Positions 11,761 to 23,788 of a stretch of DNA of 39,547 bases are shown in pieces. Source of the stretch: Tubiluchus corallicola (Eukaryota; Animalia; Priapulida); assembly GCA_030141605.1 (NCBI GenBank), contig JAQGDQ010000718.1, forward strand, positions 1 through 39,547, in the 5' to 3' direction. The notes beneath the pieces are model-generated. The model made no database searches. It was given only the letters and a program-made list of their open reading frames with translations, and was not told the DNA's origin. The position numbers and the translations under genes are program-made. The first letter of the stretch is position 1, and every line of letters starts with the position of its first letter.

Positions 11761-12353
11761 TGTATCAGAAACTTCGTTAAATGTTGCCCACCAATGCGGA
11801 TTTTCAATCAGTACAGTTACGCATATTGTCATGAATTTCCTGTTATATCACGGAATTTCAGTGTACTAGTTTAAAACCAAATCACAAAAAGACCTTAACT
11901 CTAAAAGAAATTTCTAAAATTTAATTCCATAAGATTTGGTTAGAATCAGTAGAGACACATCCGTTTTTTTCCTTCAGAACTGGTCACAAAAAAGTTCCCC
12001 TCAAACCAGTATTCATTCGCCTGTCAAACCTTGAGTAAAAGTAGGGCCAATTATTATGTATAAAGACATTAATATGACTAGAGGCTGTGGACTTGTTCAG
12101 GTTCACAACATATATAGTAGTTTTCATTTTTATATAAAAAAATCATAAAATGACTTTCATATCTTTATTTTATTTTTCATGTGACAATAATTGTATTTAT
12201 TTAAGTAATATCTTGTTGCGAGCAGTGCTGCCAGCGTCTTTGGTTTCATCACTTTCGACAATATTTGTTTGTTCTTTCTCACCTGCAGACACTAGATGCA
12301 CAGGACTGATGATACTCACTTTCGTGTACCATAAGGATTAACTGCAAAGTACG

Positions 12354-12670
12354 TTAGTTTATATAGTCCGTGAGCCAGACAACTTCTTGGTATCTCTTTT
12401 TTTTCTTAAATGCAAACTTGCTGTTAAGGGTAAATCGAAGACAGAGAAGATGAGAGATTATCATTGCTGTTATCAAGAAAACGTCGTTTGATACACCTAG
12501 AAACTGGCTCATCCTGTGAGTGGTTTCTTCGTCTAAGTTTTCAAATTTGCCAATAAAGTCGTGATTAATAAAACACACGCTGCATAAGTCCACATATCTA
12601 GCAAAACGTTCGTCCATTTTATTGTCTTCTGTACAAACCAGGTATCCAAAAAACTCCACATATCCAGCAA
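12354..12670 (-). pseudogene. second, non-amplified sulfotransferase-like fragment
   Basis: EFFGYLVCTEDNKMDERFARYVDLCSVCFINHDFIGKFENLDEETTHR is paralogous to 9958-10311 and diverges after this block. Confidence 0.7.
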
Positions 12671-12760
12671 TAACAAAATACTGTGAAATAAAACAAAATA
12701 AATTAAAAAATATTAGTACACGTCACAGCAATACCTATTTACAATTTCAACATATCATTA

Positions 12761-14228
12761 TGGAAAAACTATATTCCCTATAACAGAGATAAACTATGCC
12801 CCTTTCCTACAGTGCACGTATTTGTGGGGAAAAACTATACTCCCTATAACAGAGATAAACTATGCCCCTTTCCTACAGTGCACGTATTTGTGGGGAAAAA
12901 CTATACTCCCTATAACAGGGATAAACTATGCCCCTTTCCTACAGTGCACGTATTTGTGGGGGAAAACTATATTCCCTATAACAGGGATAAACTATGTCCC
13001 TTTCCTACAGTGCACGTATTTGTGGGGAAAACTATATTCCCTATAACAGGACAAACTATGCCCCTTTCCTACAGTGCACGTATTGTGGGGAAAACTATAT
13101 TCCCTATAACAGATAAACTATGCCCCTTCCTACAGTGCACGTATTTGTGGGGGAAAACTATATTCCCTATAACAGGGATAAACTATGTCCCTTTCCTACA
13201 GTGCACGTATTTGTGGGGGAAAACTATATTCCCTATAACAGGGACAAACTATGCCCCTTTCCTACAGTGCACGTATTTGTGGGGGAAAACTATATTCCCT
13301 ATAACAGGGATAAACTATGCCCCTTTCCTACAGTGCACGTATTTGTGGGGGAAAACTATATTCCCTATAACAGGGACAAACTATGCCCCTTTCCTACAGT
13401 GCACGTATTTGTGGGGGAAAACTATATTCCCTATAACAGAGATAAACTATGCCCCTTTCCTACAGTGCACGTATTTGTGGGGGAAAACTATATTCCCTAT
13501 AACAGGGATAAACTATGCCCCTTTCCTACAGTGCACGTATTTGTGGGGGAAAACTATATTCCCTATAACAGGGATAAATTATGCCCCTTTCCAACAGTGC
13601 ACGTATTTGTGAGGGAAAACTATATTCCCTATAACAGAGGTAAACTATGCCCCTTTCCTACAGTGCACGTATTTGTGGGGGAAAACTATATTCCCTATAA
13701 CAGAGGTAAACTATGCCCCTTTCCTACAGTGCACGTATTTGTGGGGGAAAACTGTATTCCCTATAACAGAGATAAACTATGCCCCTTTCCTACAGTGCAC
13801 GTATTTGTGGGGGAAAACTATATTCCCTATAACAGGGATAAACTATGCCCCTTTCCTACAGTGCACGTATTTGTGAGGGAAAACTATATTCCCTATAACA
13901 GGGATAAACTATGCCCCTTTCCTACAGTGCACGTATTTGTGAGGGAAAACTATATTCCCTATAACAGGGATAAACTATGCCCCTTTCCTACAGTGCACGT
14001 ATTTGTGGGGGAAAACTGCATTCCCTATAACAGAGATAAACTATGCCCCTTTCCTACAGTGCACGTATTTGTGAGGGAAAACTATATTCCCTATAACAGG
14101 GATAAACTATGCCCCTTTCCTACAGTGCACGTATTTGTGAGGGAAAACTATATTCCCTATAACAGGGATAAACTATGCCCCTTTCCTACAGTGCACGTAT
14201 TTGTGGGGGAAAACTGTATTCCCTATAG
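12761..14228. repeat. 66-bp minisatellite, ~22 copies
   Basis: Unit TGTGGGGGAAAACTATATTCCCTATAACAGGGATAAACTATGCCCCTTTCCTACAGTGCACGTATT. Confidence 0.97.
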
Positions 14229-14596
14229 CATCTGGGAAGAAACCTGTACCGTCTACTTTACGGTTTCTCCAAATCTCTTAATTTATGCGTCGAACATTAA
14301 ACCAGATCTTACTCTTTCAACACATTAAGTACTTAATGAGGAGCTAAGTTAAATTTTCTATTTACATACTTGCCCAAAAGAACTACAAAAGTAATTATGT
14401 ACATACTTTTGTAGGTACATTCTACAGTTATTTACATAAGGCAAATAGTAATAGTATTTCCTACACCAACTAGATTAAGTACGTATTTTTGTTCAGTGTA
14501 GAATGTATAATCTGAATTGTAAATTTTCAAACTGTATAAAATAACGTGTTTTTATATTATAATTATAGGTCAGTGATTTAAATAAAGTTATTTGAA

Positions 14597-14651
14597 ATGA
14601 TGGACACAGTTATGGACAAAAGTACGCAGACGAAGATAAAAGAAGAACCAG
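14597..14651 (+). CDS. putative first coding exon of the zinc-finger gene (MMDTVMDKSTQTKIKEEP-G)
   Basis: ATG at 14597 with an in-frame TAA upstream at 14579. Acceptor TTATAG ends at 14568. Donor CAG|GTATTC after 14651 is phase 1, matching the acceptor at 16518. Confidence 0.6.
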
Positions 14652-14832
14652 GTATTCTTCTTTTTTCTTTCTTTTTTCCTTATTTTCGTTTTTCCCCGTC
14701 TTTTCTCTCTCTTTTCTCTCGTTCTTTTATTTCTTTGTTCGTTTTTCTTTTTCGTTGATTTATTTACTTGTTTCTACATTTATTTTTTGTCCATCTAGTC
14801 TTTTGTTCGTTCATTTGTTCTCTCTTCCTTAA

Positions 14833-15080
14833 TCTGAATGACTGACTGACTGACTGACTAACTGAATGGCTGTCTGGCTGACTGACTGACTGAATGGCTG
14901 TTTAGCTGACTGAGTGACTGACTGACTGATTGATTGTTTGGCTGACTACTGACTGACACTGACTGACTGACTGACTGACTGACTGAATGGCTGACTGACT
15001 GATTGACTGACTAATCAAGTAACCAACTGACTAATTAACCAACCAACAAACTAGCCTACCGACCGACTAACCAATCAACT
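14833..15080. repeat. (CTGA)n / (CCAA)n degenerate tetranucleotide microsatellite
   Basis: Seen directly. Confidence 0.9.
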
Positions 15081-16518
15081 TTAGGATCACTTACATTTTT
15101 AAAAAGTCAACGAATACAAATAACCTGCTTACTCAAGGCTATACAAATTGTAATTTCGAACTGAATGTTACTTGTTTTTCTTGTTAGTTTATTTATTTTA
15201 TTTTTCTTTTTTCAATTTTTCCGTTTATTTTTCTTTCTCCCTATCTAGCTTTTTCTTCCTATTAATCCCATTAATAATAAATAACTGATTATTTCATTTC
15301 ATATGTTTCATTTCACTCAGTTCATTTTTGTTTTTAATTCATCTCACAATACTTTAAAATACTTAACATAATAGAAATACTGTGATCATACTTTATATTG
15401 CACTACATTGTAAATCCATTCAAATGTATATAAAGTACTGGGTCTCGTTACTGATAAAATGCTTAATATCTCTGACAATCGGCCGTCAGTTGCTCCATTT
15501 ATAAAGTAAATTTTATGGAGTTTAGAAACCAAGTTTTTTTATTTCTTTCGGAGGTCTGGACTAAATTAATAATTCAAGATTAAATGCTTGACGATGCAAG
15601 ATTAAACTATCGTCGTGGCTAGAAGCCTTAGTTAGGTGTGGCATCACGTGATCAGCAGATGTTCGACCGGCTGACTCAGAAGTAATTGATGATGTAATTC
15701 TTATGCCAAGAAGCTCACGGCGCATTAGGTAGTTAGACAAAAGTGTTTTGAGGCCCGCACCTCGGGGGGGGGGTATTAGGAACTGACTTGAAGACGGAGG
15801 GCTGGCATTACTATCCTCTTATATTTACCGCGTTGTGTTTGATATTTAATAAATGTATAGTTTATTAAATAAAGTCTTGATAGTTTGCCATGCCCACGTG
15901 GCTACCTCGCACGCCACGCAATAAACAACAAGAATCAGCAAGCAGCTTTAACCACAAGAATAAATAAACTTTAACCAATTATTTTACTAAAATTATAAAA
16001 CATTTAACATCAATGCAAATTATCTCTCTTGTAAATCGCCTCTACGTTTTTAAATGACATTTTCTACACTTTCGTTATGTATAGAAAGCCTTCACTATTT
16101 CATTCATGTTCCAAAGTCGTTTATTCTAAAGAGAATAATAAAGAGAACATTAACAAGTAAGAAAAATAAATAGAATGATAAACAGAAGCTTAATAAATAA
16201 GAAGTCGACTGATTGGTCAAAGTACTTTTACAGATTTCACAGATCGAATTTATAAGCTTAATTAAATTATTTAAATTCATGTAACTTACATCGTTGGCTC
16301 TTCATCAAGATTTAAAATTTCTCAAGGTACAAATTTGGTTATAACTAAACGCTGTTGTTAACTATAACACAATAACGATAAAAAACATTGCTGTAAATAA
16401 GAACGCGACCATCATTGTTCTCCTCCTGTGCTTTCCTCTCCACACTGCTCGTAGAGGGCAGCACCTTCCAATAAATAAGTGTCGTTATGCATATTGCAGT
16501 TACACGTTCTACTTTTAG

Positions 16519-16898
16519 GAGACCAAGAGCTGCCTGAATTCCTCTACGTAGATGGGAAGAAACAGTTCATGTGCCCGTGTGGGAAACTCTATAAACGGAA
16601 GTCGGAGCTGAACCGGCACCGGAAGGACAGCGAACTCCACGGTGGAAAGAAACAATACGTGTGTACCGTGTGCAAGAAAGTTCTCTCCAACAATTTGAAA
16701 AGACATATTTTGGTGATGCACCAGCACCATGCACCATACCAATGTGACGTATGCCAGAAGAAATTTCCCGACTTGCACAGCTTGCGGCACCATGCAAATA
16801 TTCACAGTAAACTCAAGCCGCATAAGTGTGAGAAGTGTCGAAAGGGTTGGGCGCATCCGGGGAATTTGATTAAACACAGAAAAAAATGCTATGGATAA
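16519..16898 (+). CDS. terminal exon of a zinc-finger protein (three C2H2-type fingers and one C2HC finger)
   Basis: Acceptor TTCTACTTTTAG|GA. Fingers: CPCGK..LNRH..ELH, CTVCKK..LKRHILVMH, CDVCQKKF..LRHHANIH, CEKCRKGW..LIKHRKKC. Linkers GGKKQY, APYQ and KLKPHK. Stop TAA at 16896-16898. Confidence 0.9.
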
Positions 16899-16904
16899 AG
16901 GAGC

Positions 16905-17373
16905 ATTGACATCGCTTGCTGTGTTTCACATTGTTTTGACATTGACATTGACATCGTTTGCTGTGTATGACATTGTTTTGTCATTGACATTGACATTGAC
17001 ATCGCTTGCTGTGTTTCACATTGTTTTGACATTGACATTGACATCGCTTGCTGTGTTTCACATTGTTTTGACATTGACATTGACATCGCTTGCTGTGTTT
17101 CACATTGTTTTGATATTGACATTGACATCGCTTGCTGTGCTTCACATTGTTTTGACACAGACATTGACATCGCTTGTGTCAAACACAGCAAGCGATGTCA
17201 ATGTCAATGAGAAAACAATGTGAAAAACAGTAAGCGATGTCAATGTCAAAACAATGTGAAACACAGCAAGCGATGTCATTGTCACTGTCAATGACAAAAC
17301 AATTTGAAACAAAGCAAACGATGTCAACTTCAATGTCAAAACAATTGTTTTGACGTTGACATTGACATCGCTT
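16905..17373. repeat. ~42-bp minisatellite with internal inversion (forward/reverse/forward)
   Basis: ATTGACATCGCTTGCTGTGTTTCACATTGTTTTGAC units at 16905-17179, reverse-complement units at 17181-17345, and forward again to 17373. Confidence 0.93.
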
Positions 17374-18289
17374 ACAGTGGGTAATGCTCTACCACTATGT
17401 CGTTGTGCTACCATCGTGTTCATGCGGACAATTAATGCGTGCTGCCATCTCCCGGACACAATTGAAGGTGCATGATGCTGTGTTTCAAAACATCACCATA
17501 GGGAAGTTTGTGCAAAACTCATTACAGACTTTGACTAAATCTGATTTATATTCTGTACAAGTCTCTACGTGTTTTAATGCTGGTTGTAATGAATTCTATG
17601 AATGTACGTTACACTGAAAGACAGAACAAGTGGATCGCAACGTTTTGCTTTTTTCAGAACTCTTGTAATCAAAATTATTTCATCTATTTAGCAAAATCAA
17701 GTACATGTACATTTATTTATTTATGTTATTCACAGCCGTAGTAAAATAAACTCCACTGGCGACTCGTGTACAGGTACTGTGGAACTGCAGCACCCCCTAT
17801 ATTTACTCAGTATTATAGATAATACTCAATATAATAAGTCTTTTTTCTTTAGTTCTTTTTTTTATATGTATGTAACCAGAACACGTGAGGGTAGTACTGT
17901 TTGCTTCACAGCCCAGTACAGTATGCTCGAGCAATGACGTGTTTAATAAAAACAATATATATATATATATATGTACGCGACATGCGTTTGACTTCGTTTT
18001 ATCTGAAGAAAAATTAAAAATTCTTTCTTCTAAACCAACGTCAAAACATTAAGTAACTGGTATAACGATAATTAACAATAATATGACATGACGAAATGTG
18101 AAGAAATGAAACTTACATCTTTGCCGCATACCGGTGGCTCACTTCTTTTATATCCTAACTGTGAAATGAGGCCAAAGGCCTATTTCCTGTCCTAGCTCAC
18201 CTGTCTAAACTAGGAAAAACAAACACCAGGAGGCACCACGTGCTTATATCCAAAACAATATATGTTTTATAATATAAAACACGTTGGCA

Positions 18290-18700
18290 AAAAACATACA
18301 AATGCGATATTTACAAGAGTGTGGTAAAGACACAAAGAGATTAACTGCTTACATGTGTCTATTGTGTACAAGTTAACTTTATATAAGCAGCTTTTAAATA
18401 ATTTAATATTTTGTGCAGTTACGGGGGGTGCACCATCAACATATGCAGGCAATGTGTTCCAAATCGATTTGAGAAAAATTGACCAAATGACACTTTAGCT
18501 GTTCGATGCACGAAAAACTGCAGAGAACGATTTTGTCTTGTTCTATTGCAAGATACACGAGTGAAAAATTTGTCAAAATCAACATCAACTTCTCTGTGTA
18601 TAATTTGGTAGCACAAAGCAAAATCTTTTTAAAACGTTTCTCTTGTAAAGACTTCACACTTACAAACTCCAGATGCTTAGGTATGGCACATACAGGCGAG
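18290..18700 (-). mobile_element. CR1/L2-group LINE 3' remnant
   Basis: Frameshifted LEFVSVKSLQEKR, CYQIIHREVDVDFDKFF...RTR...FFSNR and PAYV...FKSCL match the CR1-type ORF2 C-terminus (SLExRR..YKI..FF..TRGH..FFSNR..LP..FK). Confidence 0.75.
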
Positions 18701-18719
18701 TAATGTATCGCTGTGCACT

Positions 18720-19318
18720 TTAAAGGAAGACAGGATGATTTTTCATATACTACCCCATTTTCAAGTCTGATAGAAAGTATACATTTTATCACAATTAATA
18801 CTGCAAAAGCGTCTCTGATAATTAAATAATAAGTTAAAGGCTTAATTAACGGCAGGCGAGCCCAATTATTGATGACATCACAAACTAACACAATTTTCAA
18901 CAGGAAAGATATTTCACGAGCGTGTTGCACGTGTTTGCATAAGCGAAAATTGAAGTACAGTGCTACTGTAAGACATTCAGTGTGTTGTACTAAAACTAGA
19001 CAAGTTTTAAGATAAAAATTCAAGTTTGAAATTTACAGTTGTGCTCACGCACGAGCCGTCGAACGTGTGTAGTTCGTCACAAACTAACACATATGAACCA
19101 AGAGGTACAGCACCTGTTTTTTGAGCAATGCGTTTCCGAAATGAAGGCGCTTGTACCCCTCTAACTAGTTGCATGTAACAGTGAAGAACTAGTGGCGCGA
19201 ACGTGAAATTGTGTTTGTGTGGTAATAATTCTTTCACGTGAGTCATTTTTGAAAAAATAGTATGTTTCCTTTTAATATTTTAAAGAGTAGATTGTTTTGA
19301 CCTACAGTTTAAGATTGA
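18720..19318 (-). mobile_element. dispersed repeat copy 2 (TTAA-AGG terminus, Kolobok-like)
   Basis: Begins TTAAAGGAAGACAGGATGATTTTTCATAT. Reverse complement of the repeat at 4792-5296 and 25197-25751. Confidence 0.7.
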
Positions 19319-19802
19319 TTCCGGTTTTGCTTTGAATGTTGCATTCATTATGCATTGTTAGATTGTTAAGCAGCGTAAACAAATCGTAATTTTTACAGTG
19401 TAAACGCTTTTTTCCGAATTTACTACATTCCGGGGCATCTGATTATCATAACAAAACAGAGCAGTGAGTAAGACCGGTTTTGGTAAGTAAGCAAGCAAGT
19501 TGTAGCTTGCAGGAAGTGGGTGAATGCAGCAGCTGTTCTGAGTTTATATCATGGCTGGCATTTGTACGTGACTCCAGTCTTTTTACAGTCTGGGACAAAT
19601 TTGTTACAAAAACTAGCGTTTGTTGCTATTTTAACCCTTTACTGTACGAAGTTAGTGTGAATTTGCTACAAAAATCAGCGTTTGTTGCTATTTTGACCCT
19701 TTACTGTACGAAATTAGTGAAATTTTGCAATAAATTTGTGTCAGTAATCTAGTCAAAACGATGTTGAACCAGGCGAAAGTCCACGAACACTAACATAGCG
19801 AC

Positions 19803-20223
19803 ATGTATATTTTAGGCCAACGTTATTTTTGTACCAAATTAGTTTTGGTGTTGGTCTGCCTGAGTGTGTCCTCGTTCACACGGAGCGACGAAGAAGACGG
19901 AGACAAGTGTGACAGGACCCTTAGAAAACTATCTCAGCTAGAATTGTGCAACTGTGAAGATGTTAGTACGATGCTGTCGTGTCGTATATCTGGTACAAGT
20001 AGTGATATATCAGAATATCTGATGATTCTGCGTGACGAGGTACAGGTTGTGTATAAGTTGACCATACAGGGTCAGTCAAACGATACAGAGGTGCTATCAG
20101 GGGACATGTTCAATAATTTGACCGTCTCTTGGCTGGAACTACGGGGAGTTTCTCCTGAAAGAATAAACAATGAGACATTTGAAAAAATTCAGTTGTTGCA
20201 AGAAGTCAGCATCGATCTCTCTG
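19803..20223 (+). CDS. LRR single-pass membrane protein, exon 1 (signal peptide, Cys cap, short LRRs)
   Basis: Hydrophobic N-terminus (LVLVLVCLSVSS), C..CNC..C cap, LRR-like segments (KLTIQG..LSGDMFNNLTVSWLELRG..INNETF), sequons NDT, NLT and NET. Donor CTG|GTATGA is phase 1. A possible acceptor at 19815 leaves the true start uncertain. Confidence 0.8.
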
Positions 20224-20308
20224 GTATGAGCACCACTCTTTCTCTGAACTTTTTGCATTTCTAGTAAGAAATTCAAAAGAAATGTAGACAATTACCTTAC
20301 ATAATAGT

Positions 20309-20309
20309 A

Positions 20310-20365
<56 letters not shown>

Positions 20366-20620
20366 AATGATGACGACGATGATGATGCAGATGATAAGGA
20401 TGATGATGATGACGATGATGATAATGGCGATGACGATGATGATAATGACGACAACAGTGATGATGCTGATGATAATGATGATGATGATAATTATAATGAC
20501 GATGATGGTGACGATGATAATAAAGATGACGGCGATGATGACGCAGATGAATGATGATGATGATAACGGTGATGATGATGATGATGATGACGATGATGAT
20601 GATGATAGTGATGATGATGG
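20309..20620. repeat. (GAT)n degenerate microsatellite in intron 1, followed by a purine-rich tract to ~21010
   Basis: Seen directly. Confidence 0.95.
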
Positions 20621-21137
20621 TCAATAACAGAAAATGAAAGAAAAACGGGAAAAATAAGAAACAACCGAAAAAAAGAAGAAAAAACATTAAGAAAAAGAAA
20701 AGGACTAGCAGCTTTAGCAACAGCGATGATGGCGACAATAACAAAACGATGACTACAGTGACAACAATAAACAAGAGAAATGATCAGAGCAAGGACCTGG
20801 GGAAAAAGCAACAAGAACAAAAAAGAGCAATAAATTTAGCAGAAAAGGTTAAGAAAAAATTTGTAGAAAAGAAAAATGAACTAGTTACTGTAATGCAAGA
20901 AGACGGGCAAAACAAATTCCGAACGTTGCAAAACAGGAAATGAAAGAAAACGGGAAAAAAGAAACAAATGAAAGAAAAAAGAAGAAAAAAGACATCAAGA
21001 AAAAGAAAGAGAATAAATTCTATTTTGATGAAGTTACGGTCACTTCCCAAATTTTGGTAATTTTATGTTTCAATATATCAAAGAGCCAGTTTTATATTTC
21101 AACATGTTTATTGAATTAATATTTTTGTATACACTAG

Positions 21138-21296
21138 GCCTAGAAATGAAGTGTGACTGCTGCATCAGATGGATTCTGGAAGCGAAGATTGTGCATATTG
21201 AAAATATCGACTCGCTCTTTTGCACAACGCCTCCGGTCATGGCAGGAATTCCTCTAGCTTCTGTGCCAGTAGAAAATCTCACTTGTCCGCCAACAG
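21138..21296 (+). CDS. LRR membrane protein, exon 2 (LRRCT)
   Basis: Acceptor CTAG|GC is phase 1. Splicing gives IDLSG-LEMKCDCCIRWIL...FCTTPPVMAGIPLASVPVENLTCP, fitting the LRRCT pattern LSxNPWxCDCxLxW...CxxP..L.G..L....L.C. Donor CAG|GTAGCG; an alternative phase-1 donor follows 21347. Confidence 0.88.
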
Positions 21297-21440
21297 GTAG
21301 CGACTGTAGTCTAGATGCACCGCTGCTTAGCCAAACACAGTCACAAGGTGTTGGGTTTGTTCAGTTCTGTTTATTTACACGTAGATTAGTATATGTATAT
21401 GATTTACGAAAAATATAGATAATTATTTATTTATTTATTA

Positions 21441-23788
21441 CAGGTTTTACATGTCAAATATAGACCTGCGTTAACTCAAATGTAGATTTAGGTAATTCAA
21501 ATGTGTCTTGGTAACTCAAATAAAGACTTAGGTAGTTCAAATATGTTAGCAATGGTTTTCAACAAATCTTAAGCGTTTTTGGTAAGTCAAATGTAGACAC
21601 ATGTCAAGTCAAATCTGACATTGGTATCTCAAATGTGGGTAGGTGGTAAAGTTTAAGCAAGTAAAATTTAATCTTCTTTAATCTCAATTTAATAATTGCT
21701 GTGAAAATAATAACTTTATAGGTCTATAATAGTTCACTAATATTCTATAAACTTTACACACCATTGGAACTGTTAGAGAAAACAATACATTCCTAAAATA
21801 AACAATGTTTCTTGAGATAAACAAATTCATTAATGCAGGGCTAATGCATTACTTAAAAAACTAATTAGTGATTCACTGTTCATTGGGAAGTGGGAACCAA
21901 TTTATTCTTTTCTACTGACCTTGCGGTTTATCAAAAAATTTAGTTTGAGGGCAAACAAAAGTTATGAAAGAGGTGATGACTATCTTTGGTTTATCTTTTT
22001 GTAATTTGCACTTAAATGAGTTAATTACCGATTTATTTTTGTAATGCGTCTACATTTGATTTACCTAAGTCACATTTGAGTTACCACAACACATTCGAAA
22101 TTCCTATGTCTACATTTGACTTACCTAAGTCACATTTGAACTTTCCTGTGTCTACATTTGACTTACCTAAGTCACATTTGAACTTTCCCGTGTCTACATT
22201 TGACTTACCTAAGTTACATTTGAACTTTCCCGTGTCTACATTTTACTTACCTAAGTCACATTTGAACTTTCCTATGTCTACATTTGACTTACCTAAGTCA
22301 CATTTGAACTTTCCTGTGTCTACATTTGACTTACCTAAGTCACATTTGAACTTTCCTGTGTCTACATTTGACTTACCTAAGTCACATTTGAACTTTCCTG
22401 TGTCTACATTTGACTTACCTAAGTCACATTTGAACTTTCCTGTGTCTACATTTGACTTACCTAAGTCACATTTGAACTTTCCTGTGTCTACATTTGACTT
22501 ACCTAAGTCACATTTGAACTTTCCTGTGTCTACATTTGACTTACCTAAGTCACATTTGAACTTTCCTGTGTCTACATTTGACTTACCTAAGTCACATTTG
22601 AACTTTCCTGTGTCTACATTTGACTTACCTAAGTCACATTTGAACTTTCCTATGTCTACATTTGACTTACCTAAGTCACATTTGAACTTTCCTGTGTCTA
22701 CATTTGATTTACCTAAGTCACATTTGAACTTTCCTGTGTCTACATTTGACTTACCTAAGTCACATTTGAACTTTCCTGTGTCTACATTTGACTTACCTAA
22801 GTCACATTTGAACTTTCCTGTGTCTACATTTGACTTACCTAAGTCACATTTGAACTTTCCTGTGTCTACATTTGACTTACCTAAGTCACATTTGAACTTT
22901 CCTGTGTCTACATTTGACTTACCTAAGTCACATTTGAACTTTCCTGTGTCTACATTTGACTTACCTAAGTCACATTTGAACTTTCCTATGTCTACATTTG
23001 ACTTACCTAAGTCACATTTGAACTTTCCTGTGTCTACATTTGACTTACCTAAGTCACATTTGAACTTTCCTGTGTCTACATTTGATTTACCTAAGTCACA
23101 TTTGAACTTTCCTGTGTCTACATTTGACTTACCTAAGTCACATTTGAACTTTCCCGTGTCTACATTTGACTTACCTAAGTCACATTTGAACTTTCCCGTG
23201 TCTACATTTGACTTACCTAAGTCACATTTGAACTTTCCTGTGTCTACATTTGACTTACCTAAGTCACATTTGAACTTTCCTGTGTCTACATTTGACTTAC
23301 CTAAGTCACATTTGAACTTTCCTGTGTCTACATTTGATTTACCTAAGTCACATTTGAACTTTCCTGTGTCTACATTTGACTTACCTAAGTCACATTTGAA
23401 CTTTCCCGTGTCTACATTTGACTTACCTAAGTTACATTTGAACTTTCCCGTGTCTACATTTTACTTACCTAAGTCACATTTGAACTTTCCTATGTCTACA
23501 TTTGACTTACCTAAGTCACATTTGAACTTTCCTGTGTCTACATTTGACTTACCTAAGTCACATTTGAACTTTCCTGTGTCTACATTTGACTTACCTAAGT
23601 CACATTTGAACTTTCCTATGTCTACATTTGACTTACCTAAGTCACATTTGAACTTTCCTATGTCTACATTTGACTTACCTAAGTCACATTTGAGTTAGCA
23701 AAACACATTCGAAATTCCTATGTCTACATTTGACTTACCTAAGTCACATTTGAACTTTCCTATGTCTACATTTGACGTGTAAAACCTA
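21441..23788. mobile_element. TA-flanked foldback / non-autonomous DNA transposon with long TIRs
   Basis: The left end TA|CAGGTTTTACATGTCAAATATAGAC matches the reverse complement of the right end, TA|TAGGTTTTACACGTCAAATGTAGAC. The subterminal TCAAATGT motif repeats in opposite orientation in the two arms. Confidence 0.75.
22048..23776. repeat. 42-bp minisatellite, ~40 copies, inside the foldback element
   Basis: Unit GTCTACATTTGACTTACCTAAGTCACATTTGAACTTTCCT(G/A)T, bracketed by two ~60-bp variant units. Confidence 0.98.

Larger units (their letters stand above)
9958..11870 (-). pseudogene. carbohydrate sulfotransferase (Sulfotransfer_2/CHST-like) pseudogene, interrupted by a tandem expansion and a LINE
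   Basis: DEHFARYVDLCNVCYINYDFIGKFETFDEE matches the CHST C-terminal pattern DxHWxPxxxLCxPCxIxYDFIGKxETL. An upstream TFNE..YMIHTENDKMDE (frameshifted, about 11800-11730) matches TFxEFxxY. Confidence 0.75.

Noticed and set aside
12812-14328. 266-aa and 402-aa ORFs with Cys/His repeats
   Set aside because: Translations of a 66-bp satellite, open in more than one frame and shifted by indels.
19440-19490. Upstream coding exon for the LRR gene using donor G|GTAAGT at 19483
   Set aside because: The required frame has a TAA at 19449 and no ATG. At most this is a 5' UTR exon.
20206-20943. Poly-Met, poly-His, poly-Ser and poly-Asp ORFs
   Set aside because: A (GAT)n microsatellite and purine-rich tract in intron 1. 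The flanking exons join correctly without them.
22076-23698. 540-aa repeat protein ORF
   Set aside because: A stop-free frame of a 42-bp satellite inside a TIR element and an intron. Units are nearly identical at the DNA level.
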